A model generated the notes under the pieces. It saw only the letters and a list, made by a program, of their open reading frames with translations. It made no database searches and was not told the origin of the DNA. The translations under genes were made by a program, and so were the position numbers. 64,000 nt of DNA from Schmidtea polychroa (taxonomy: Eukaryota). The DNA is taken from contig CM097885.1 of the NCBI GenBank assembly GCA_044892525.1, positions 31,000,001-31,064,000 of the forward strand. The letters run 5' to 3'. How positions within the stretch are numbered: the first letter of the stretch is position 1; each line of letters starts with the position of its first letter. This document shows, in pieces, positions 41,001 through 64,000 of this stretch.

Positions 41001-43961
41001 TCAATGTTAAATGAGAACTAAATAGTTAGATTTATATGTAGATGATATTGAATAAGGCCAGATCGTTATTGCGTCAAATATTAAAAAAAATATGAATAAT
41101 ACAAAATCGAGTAAATACGATATTTAAGCCATTAAAAACTATATTACTGTAATTATATATACTATAATTTTTGTATATTAAAATTTGTTGCTATTTGCTT
41201 GCATGTGTAGAAATTTGTAGAAAATTATAAATATTTGAAAATGGTATTTTTAAACTGGTAAATTTAAACACAAATACATCAACTTGTAATATTCAGATCT
41301 TATTGACTTTGAATTAGTAAACAAAATTCATTTCTTTTAACTACAGTCTAGATACGGTTCACAGAGGGCAAATGACTGAAATTCTAAGATTTACTGAGAT
41401 TACAGAGCAATAAAAAGGATTCATTGATGAAAGGTTTCTTGATTTCATTGAATCAAAGGATGAAGGATTGACACATATGAGGCCCCCTTCCTATAATATT
41501 CCATAACAAATTCTTAGGCCCTCTTCATACAATACTCCGTAACAAATTCTCAGGTTTCTTCTCTGTGATACTCCGTAACAAATTCATATTGTCCCCATCC
41601 ATAATAAATTCTCGAAGGGGTTAATACTTATGATTTAATGGAGTTAATAATCGGTCAGAAACTGGTTTTCATTCACTCAGGACAATGCAGAAAATTTTGA
41701 AATGGTTGATTTCAACTTTAAGTGATGAAGTATCAAAGGAATTTTCATTTTATGAATAATATATACTAAGAAAAATTAAATATAGCAAAACTAGGTTAAT
41801 GAATTATTAATTTGACATTAATCAATTAATCTATTCAATTTCATTGATTAATAATTAATTTACCTTGGATAAACTGCATTTGTCTTTTATAACGTACTCA
41901 TACGTTGTTAAAAGTACATTGAAAATTCCATTTTTAAGTTGACTTTGAATACTTTTTCTAGTAGTTGGTGATCCTTTGTACAGCACCTTAATAACACTAG
42001 GAGCCCATTTTTCAAATTCTAATGCCCAATTCGACATTGTTCTGTTTAGAAAGCCGTTAAATTTGTAAACTATAATACAATATAACTTACGATAATGGAA
42101 CTATAATTAAAAATGGCCCATTTACACGTTTCTTTTCCATTAAATAAGTTATTAACCCTATCGTTTGAATTGTTTTTCCTAGACCCATTTCATCTGCCAG
42201 GATTCCATTTAGATTATTATTATACAAAGATACAAGCCATTCAAGACCTTTGATTTGATATTCTTTCAATTGTCCATTTACAAGTAATGATGACTGTTCT
42301 CGTATTTCTTCCTGTACAGAGTGAGCGAGAGTATAATATGTTTGAGTTTGGTCTTTATTATATTCATCATCTTCTGTGCCAATATGTATAGGTTCAATTT
42401 CATCATTTATGTTCATTTCTTCATCGACTATTTCCATTTCGTTCATTTCAAACTCATTCAAAAAAAATTCCTTATTATTTTCATCTACTGCATAAATTTC
42501 CCAACCCTTGTTTTCCTTAAGCCATTGTTCAAGATTTCCAATAAGAGGTGCACCCATATCTATTAATTTTTGTTGAGTACCTGGATTGTAAATATCAATG
42601 TGAATTTCAGGTGGTAACCTTTGAACAGCTAGATTGAAATCGCCAGCCAAAAGATTTTTCACGACTTTACCCAACTCATCCTTGGATAATCCACCGCGTT
42701 TGCTGAGGGTTTTTGAGAGATATTCGATTTTTTTCTGTTGTTTTTCAAGATCATTTTCTTTTTTCTTTTTAATTATTTGATCCCGTTTATGTTCTTTGAC
42801 AAGTTTTGTAAGACCGGCTATAAATTCATCTGTTTGAGATAATAAATAATGTAATCTCATATCTTTTTTCTCGTCAATTAGCTTCCTATAACCTTCTTCA
42901 TCTTCTGCCATCAAGCGACGCATTCTTTCTCTTTCGATTCTTTCTTGTTCCTTTCTTTTGTATCGTTCGCTGTTGGTGAAATAATTCAAAACCGCTTTAT
43001 TTAATTTAATAATTTTAAAATTAACATTTCGATGAAATTCTTTGAATTCTTTTGAATGAAAAATTACTGCATTAAGAAATTCTTGATGTTTTTGACGCTT
43101 TCTTTTTTCTTGATCATACTTGATTTTCTTTTCCAATTTCTCAGTAAATCGAGACTCCTTTAATGTTTGCCTTTTGGGTTTTCTATATGCTTTGACATTA
43201 AGAGCACTTTCCAAATAACAGTCCTGTTTCATGTTAGTAAGGATATCGCTTCGAATTTTCTTTTGGAGTGACAATAATTTTAAGGCCTTCAATTCAATAA
43301 GGAACTTCATTCTATGCCCAGGTACAAAACTCTTTGATGTTAGTTCAACAATTCTTTGTTGAATTCTCGTTTGTATTCTAATTTCTCTGTCATTGAGTAA
43401 CTCAACTGGATCTAGACTCTTTATATGTCCGGGAATTCCATGATTAGACGGAGTTAGAATTTTAGAAATATTCGACTTTTTACTTTTCCCGTTAGTATTT
43501 TCATTTGCTTTGAAATCATAAATTGATTTCATGTCGTTATTTATAAGGTGCTTCCCGTCAGCTGCATTAACAAGTGATTGGGGAAGAGGCTGTGATTTTG
43601 ACAATAATTTATAAGAATTAATTTGGGCTCGTAATTGGATTAATTGGTTTTTTAAAAATGATTTGTCATTATTTTCAGCCGTTTTCAATATGGATTTTTG
43701 TTGATCATAATTATGATATGTTTGATTTAATGATGGTATGTTATGATTTGTAATTGGCGGTAAATTAAAATATCCGGAGTAAGATTTTGAGTTGGAATTT
43801 AAAGATGGAAAATTTCCATGGTTAGAATTTTCATTTGATTTCGTGGAATAGGCTAATGAAATATTGTTCACATTATTTTTGAGTGAATAATTACAGTTAT
43901 TGTTCTTCATATTAGTATTTGGTAGGAATTGTGACGAATAAGAATGATGATAAGATTGCAT
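17005..43961 (-). CDS. SMARCA4: SWI/SNF ATPase Brahma / SMARCA2/4 homolog, ~1415 aa; exons (in transcript order) 43961-42091, 42041-41864, 39627-39385, 39339-39118, 37464-37171, 33420-33166, 25756-25388, 20645-20457, 20410-20265, 17586-17379, 17327-17198, 17147-17005
   Basis: Domains seen in order: QLQ ([22 protein letters not shown]), HSA ([26 protein letters not shown]), BRK, ATPase motifs [70 protein letters not shown], then SnAC, AT-hook KKKRGRP and bromodomain ([20 protein letters not shown]). The exon sum is 4248 nt, in frame, with all junctions GT-AG. The start ATG (43961) and the last exon are less certain than the core. Confidence 0.96.
18975..19056 (+). mobile_element. Solo right end of an hAT-type element
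   Basis: Repeated (A/C)CCGGGAC subterminal motifs end in GGCAACCCTA, the reverse complement of the TAGGGTTGCC-type TIR. No left end was found. Confidence 0.6.
21141..21984 (-). pseudogene. hAT (Ac/ZBED-like) transposase pseudogene, N-terminal half
   Basis: BED finger [33 protein letters not shown], first catalytic region [10 protein letters not shown], and [24 protein letters not shown]. Many stops and frameshifts. Confidence 0.88.
22050..23002 (-). pseudogene. LTR-retrotransposon (Gypsy-like) gag remnant with three CCHC knuckles
   Basis: Capsid-like [20 protein letters not shown] is followed, after a frameshift, by [28 protein letters not shown] (last C lost) and [13 protein letters not shown]. 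No pol gene or LTRs are recognisable. Confidence 0.8.
26094..26192. repeat. Near-perfect inverted repeat / hairpin: 44-bp arms, 11-nt loop, 1 mismatch
   Basis: The left arm 26094-26137 TCAAGTGATTTTGAAAATAAATATAATGTCAATTGAAAAGAAAT pairs with the right arm 26149-26192 ATTTCTTTTCAATTGACATTGTATTTATTTTCAAAATCACTTGA. Confidence 0.95.
30797..30940 (+). mobile_element. Left end of the hAT/Buster MITE family also present at 35647-36100
   Basis: CAGTGTTGTCCAAACTTTTTTGAGCCACCGCACAC..TTTTCGCGGCAC.. is near-identical to the sequence from 35647 on. It is preceded by ATGTAAAC (nnnTAnnn). The right end was not found. Confidence 0.8.
32000..32250 (-). pseudogene. pogo/Tigger CENP-B-type HTH remnant
   Basis: [33 protein letters not shown] resembles the Tigger HTH 'MEK.L..WI.....K.I.....I.EKA'. 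Confidence 0.5.
34465..35635 (+). pseudogene. Tigger/TIGD1-like (pogo) DDE transposase pseudogene
   Basis: [96 protein letters not shown]. Stops are present and the second catalytic Asp is lost. Confidence 0.93.
35647..36100. mobile_element. Complete hAT (Charlie/Buster-like) MITE, 454 bp
   Basis: Perfect 16-bp TIRs CAGTGTTGTCCAAACT / AGTTTGGACAACACTG and a perfect 8-bp TSD CATCAGAC. Confidence 0.95.
39722..40751 (-). mobile_element. Internally deleted pogo/Tigger element, 1030 bp
   Basis: TA-flanked TIRs CAGGCGAACCTGCTTA / TAAACGGGTTCACCTG (13/16). The internal TIGD4/6-like C-terminal remnant reads [38 protein letters not shown]. Confidence 0.85.
41496..41612. repeat. 36-bp tandem repeat, ~3.5 copies (core ATACTCCGTAACAAATTCT)
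   Basis: Cores start at 41496, 41532, 41568 and 41594 (the last after a 10-nt deletion). Confidence 0.85.
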
Positions 43962-45539
43962 CACACTAAATAATGTAATCAAATTAAATAATAACTATAT
44001 TCAAATAACAATGCTCACATTTTATAATTTCAATTTTATTCTATTTATAAATAAAAAATAAAATTTTGTTTATTAACCATAGAACTTAAAACCGTGAAGA
44101 AATCTAAATTGATGTACTAAAACACATTCTTACAAATGACCTCCAATTATAATTATTGAAATAAACATTTTTATTAAACAATTTTATTTAAACGATTTGT
44201 ATTTAATTTCTTTTATAGAAAATAATTTACAAATAATTATTTTACAGTAAATTAAATTTTAGGATTTACTCTACAATTTTTGATTTAACATTAAAAAAAT
44301 CCGATTACCTTAAATTCTAGTCAATTCTGTACAGTAATTCAAAAATTATTACAGATGTAACTAATATGCGACGTTCAAGTTGATTCATTGCATGAGATTC
44401 CCTTGTGAGTTAATTAACTCAATATTGGCATAATAACTCAATGAGTGGATTTGTAGTTGTTGACCTATGCCGTGAAACTTGTCTACGCGCATAGAGAAAG
44501 CTCAACCTATTATCATGGCACACTTTTCACAACCACAATTCAACCTAAAATGGTATGTAACGAGGCTGCCCTTGTCACTAGAGTACGATGGAGAGAACCC
44601 CTTGGCCCGCCGATCGCACCATTTCATAAGTCCAAGGCATCGATTTTTTTAGATTTTTTTCCAATTCTGTAGGAATGTCTCATCCAAACCTGTCAAAATG
44701 GTTGTCTGTTGGTTGAAGAACCCTCTGCATTTAGGTATCCCATTAGCCACAATTGATGAAAAACTAACGCCTCAAAACTACTATAACTGAGATACTCAAA
44801 TATTTTCACTATCAATCAAGAAAACAAAAATGGTACAATGTCAAAAATTCCTTACAATTGTAACGCCCGACATGATACATTTTCATTGGAGTTCGGCTAA
44901 TATTGATAAAGTCACTCGATTTTTGTTCTGGTGTCAAATCTGACAGTGGGCTTGCTTGTTTTTTCGTTGAAGCCTTGCCCACTGACTGGGAGTGAATGTT
45001 CCAATTGAGATCACCTGACTTGTTTGTGTCGGAGTTGGAAGTGGAGGAAAACGGTCAATGTTCTTTCAAAGGGTTGAAGGACCCGCAAGTGTTAGGTATT
45101 CGTAGAGAGGTGGATCTCAACGGACAGATCCCCTACTAGGCAGTGTTTCTATAGCTCTTTGGTCATACTTTGATTAGCCAACTGATTTCTTTGAAGTTCC
45201 ATTCCTTGAGCAGGTTTAGCTTCCAGCTTATAAGTCAAGTTGTAAATCTTTTGCTGGACCATCTTCATTTGGTCTTTAAGCTGGTCGTATTTGACTTGGA
45301 GGAACTCGTTCAACTCCTTCATCGCTTTGAGGCAGTCTAAAAGCTTCTTCTAAAAATAAGGTACTGAATAAGAAAGGGTTAATTAAAAGTTAGAATTTTA
45401 AGATTGAATTAGATGCATATCAATACACATATCTATATTTATACATAAATACACAAGCACATCGTTATATTGCAAGCACAAACAAGCAAAATTTAAAAGA
45501 TATGATCTCTTAATACTGTTTTTAAATCATTTGAAAAGC

Positions 45540-46120
45540 TTCAAAATCTCAGCTTCGAATAATTTGACAGTATTCTTCAGTTTGAGTACTGCAAAGAAAT
45601 TTGTCACATAGCGAAATCCCCTAAAAAGTTGATTAATTTGACCACATGTTTTGTCCAATACAAAAAAACCTTAACCTCTAATTGTTCTCCATTATTGTCA
45701 GAGCAATAATCTGAGGCTAGTTCATCAAAATGTTGTTTAGTAATTTATTGAGCTTTTTCTTGAATCTTTGTGTTCATCTTCCAATTTCTAGCTTGATGTT
45801 CTTCTTCTACTTTCATATCTTCATGTGAGTTCCTCATCATCCTTATCTTTTCTTTAACATGATTTAGCACACCAGTAGCTTCATTTAATTCTATATCCTT
45901 ATTGGAGAGTTTTTGATGCATTGTTTATTTTTCACAATACTTTGTGTAACAATAAATATATCGCTATATTTTTTGTATTTGCATTGCTTCATCATTTTCA
46001 TCTTTTACCCTTTAATTTTAAGTGGATTTTACTCAATATTTTTAATATATCAACATAAAAAACTGCTCCAGTCGCTTACGAAGTATTCTTCCAGACCAAC
46101 GAATTACATTCAATTACTTT
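45540..46120 (-). pseudogene. hAT transposase fragment (ZMYM1-like group)
   Basis: LNVIRWSGR..VDILKILSKI..NKDIELNEATGVL..KQHFDELASDY..VLDKTCGQINQLF. This covers the TRW motif and the downstream region, with frameshifts. Confidence 0.8.
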
Positions 46121-48790
46121 AAAGTTATTTCCGATTCACTAGTAAATTGAGACAAAAGATCACCTATTTATGCTAGTACCTAAAATGTAGAAATTCCCTG
46201 AAGTCCCAAAAATGATGATACTTCTGGACAAAAATTTACACAATCGATAATTACTAAATTCAAGTTGTGACTGACGTGTTGGCCATATTTAGTGTGTGGT
46301 TGGTGTGTTTGTGTACAAATGGTGATTCACCATTAAATGAATTTTATTTTTCAGAAATTTTATTTTAACCAATTTAGAAATGATACTAACTAATTGAGTG
46401 TTATGCTGGCAGATGAAGGATGACTGTGATCAATTGCATGTGAATGGATGGGAACAATGATGAGGAATGAATGCCAGGGGTATGTGAATGGTGGTAAAGA
46501 CGTGCGATAGAAGAACTACCACCCCTATCGGAGCACAAGTGGAGATGAGAGCTCCAAAGATATCTGAAGCAATATTTGCTTGTGTTAACGAATTGGCCAT
46601 GTTGTCAAAGATGAACGAACCGAAACATATCCCGGATTTAGAGTTCCCAAAGATCCAGCCGCTAGTGATCTGACATAGCTTTTTCTAAGGATGAGTTTAC
46701 ATTGGATATAATAATAAATAGACATACTTTTGCGCGTTAGAGTTTTACTTGGCTTAGTTGTATAAAACCCATGTTGTTCGTTTCCTTGATGGTGATTAAC
46801 TTTTTCCTGTGTGTGTTGGTATGAACGTAAATTAATTAATTAAATTCATCTTGCATTATTTTACAATTTGCTTAGTTTCAACGAGTACCAGACAGACAAC
46901 GCGCGCGCAAAGATACTCGTATTCTGGGACATTCAAGCAAGATTGTAAACATATTGGGTCAATAATTGTGTAATTAAAATAAAATATTTTAGTTAGTCTT
47001 TGGGGGCCACCCTCTAATTACAACAAACGTATTTATAAACTTTCATCATCTATAAAAATGCAGTTTGATTGATTAGTATTATCATTTAATACGAAACGAG
47101 ATCCAAGTCCTACAATAAGAAATATGGATTACTGGGGAGCTGACAACGGAACTAAATTTAGGACTAAGACGTCTACAAGAATTGTCGGAAAGAAGAGTTG
47201 GAATATCGATATAACTCTTATGTTGTATTGTGTAATTATTGAATAAATTTAGTTTGACTTGAGTTTGTGAGTGATAATGTGCTGAAAATAAACAACTAAG
47301 TGACCTGAACAAAGTCGGATGCATACCTTTTAATTGTATTACAATTAAATCAGAGAATCCGCTCGAATAGCCGGCGATTGTAATACACAAATCACTCACT
47401 TTTTGTGAGTATTCACCCATCTGACACAATGATGACCATTCAACGGGTGTCAAATGGTAAAGTTTAGGGTTACGTTAGAAACAGCATAAGGAAGTAAAAG
47501 GTAATTACCAGTAACTCATACTAATATAAATTGATCAGAAATTAAGAATTATTTAAAAAAGAATTAATTGAATTATAGACTCAACATTTAAATATTTTAG
47601 TCGAACTGATTTTTTATGAAACGATAAGTAATCTCTAATGATAGTGTGAAAATTTAGACACATTAATTAAAAATTTATCATATCAAAATTAATCTTAAGA
47701 AAGGCAAATCTTTTATAAGATTAAAAGGTACTGTAATACAAAATTGCACGAACTAAATGAAGGAAACTTGAGAAAAAATATAATCCACGAAGATAATTTA
47801 TGAGGAACTTCCATATAATGGAAATTTTCAGTTTGTTGAAAGAATCGAACGCAGCTTGTAAAGTTTAACAACCATATTTATGGATATTTGTGCTAACACG
47901 CAGATGCAAAAATTTATAATAGGTAGTATCCTCTATATATGTAAATTATAGATAATGTTAATCACCATCCACAGTGATGCTAATGATTGTCATTTAGTAA
48001 AAATTTATTATAACACGACAAATACAAAATAAACTATGTACTAAATTGAACACTACCAGAATATAATTATTCTCCAATAATTTTCCACTAAAATGATTTA
48101 TTAATTGTATATTTTATCTGTTAGTAATGAAATAAATAAACATGTCCCACTTTATAAACACCGACATTATATTGATTCACAACTAAATTAAATCAAATTA
48201 TCATTTATAAAAAAATTTGAATTCCAAGAGCAAAAAATACACTCACTAACAACACAAAATATAAAAACTAAACTCATATTGATTAATATTATATATTCTC
48301 TGGCTACCTAAAAAAAATCCGAAAATCATATTTTCCGATGAAATTTTTTCTTAATAATGAAAAATAATTACAGTCGACGAAAACAATGAGTTTATAATAT
48401 CTTTATTTTGAGAAACAAACAAATAAAAATGAAAGCTCTCGCACCATGTAGCTATGTATAATAAAATATATGTATTTATGTTTGTGAATACTTTTGCATT
48501 CATTGAGAGACAGCGGATCAAAATTCAATCACTTAATATTTGCAGTTCATCAAATTTATCAAACAACAAAATCATTCAAACATAATCATATTATTATTTA
48601 TTATAATTATTAGCCAGCTAAAACTGCCTTGGGATACTCATTTTTATTTCATCCATTATCTGAATATATATATAATATATATATTTTATAATAATTTTCG
48701 TCATCAGGATCTTTTCGTGCTAAATTATGAAATAAAAATATTTAGTCAACAAATAGTTATTCAAATATGCATATTTAATTAATCTAAATA

Positions 48791-63746
<14,956 letters not shown>

Positions 63747-64000
63747 TCAGTTAAATGAAATCGGCAAAAATAAAACGAACGTTAAAACGGAAATATTAGA
63801 ATCCATAACGCAATGACTTGGAAAAATTTATTTTAAGCAATGAAAAATTATTAACATTATTAACAATCATAAAACTTGTATTTGAAACGAGATGAATTAG
63901 AAGACAAGTTAGAAACAGAGGGATAGTGATAATTTTATATTAGATAAAATTCCATTATTTCGTTAGAACTTAGTTTGGCAGAATTCTCTGGTCCCAAATG

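Noticed and set aside
41496-41612. CRISPR-like repeat-spacer array
   Set aside because: The context is eukaryotic, there are no cas genes, the 'spacers' are only 17 bp and resemble one another and the upstream flank. It is a diverged tandem repeat.
46740-47030. Possible solo LTR (TGTTGTAATTAG..AACA on the minus strand followed by TGG)
   Set aside because: There is no second LTR, no TSD, and the TGG-initiated sequence is not a recognisable tRNA PBS.

Overview
AT-rich (roughly a quarter G+C by eye) eukaryotic, animal-type draft scaffold with 12 N-gaps. No bacterial features, rRNA, tRNA or CRISPR were seen. I could splice three conserved genes from the sequence with phase-consistent GT-AG exons. 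These are a 5'-truncated RUFY (RUN/FYVE) gene on + (1-10987), a complete SMARCA2/4 (Brahma) SWI/SNF ATPase gene on - (17005-43961, 12 exons, about 1415 aa) and a 5'-truncated USP7 gene on - (48791-63707, continuing past the window). A broken N-terminal fragment of a thioredoxin-glutathione-reductase-like glutaredoxin lies at about 11.55-11.84 kb. Introns are bimodal, either about 43-51 nt or 0.8-7.4 kb. The long ones are filled with decayed DNA transposons (hAT, pogo/Tigger, piggyBac-type MITE, an unclassified long-TIR element) and retroelement relics (Gypsy gag/integrase, Penelope, RLE-type non-LTR). The most unusual observations are the exon-deleted TGR-like remnant, two separate places where Gypsy-integrase and RLE-retrotransposon fragments are juxtaposed (one fused in frame), a 44-bp near-perfect hairpin made from a dispersed repeat, a 600-bp higher-order minisatellite, an antisense ArfGAP relic and stop-free 3n introns inside BRM catalytic and reader domains. 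I found no clearly novel intact multi-gene system. All homology calls come from motif recognition by eye, not database searches. The species cannot be determined from the sequence alone.
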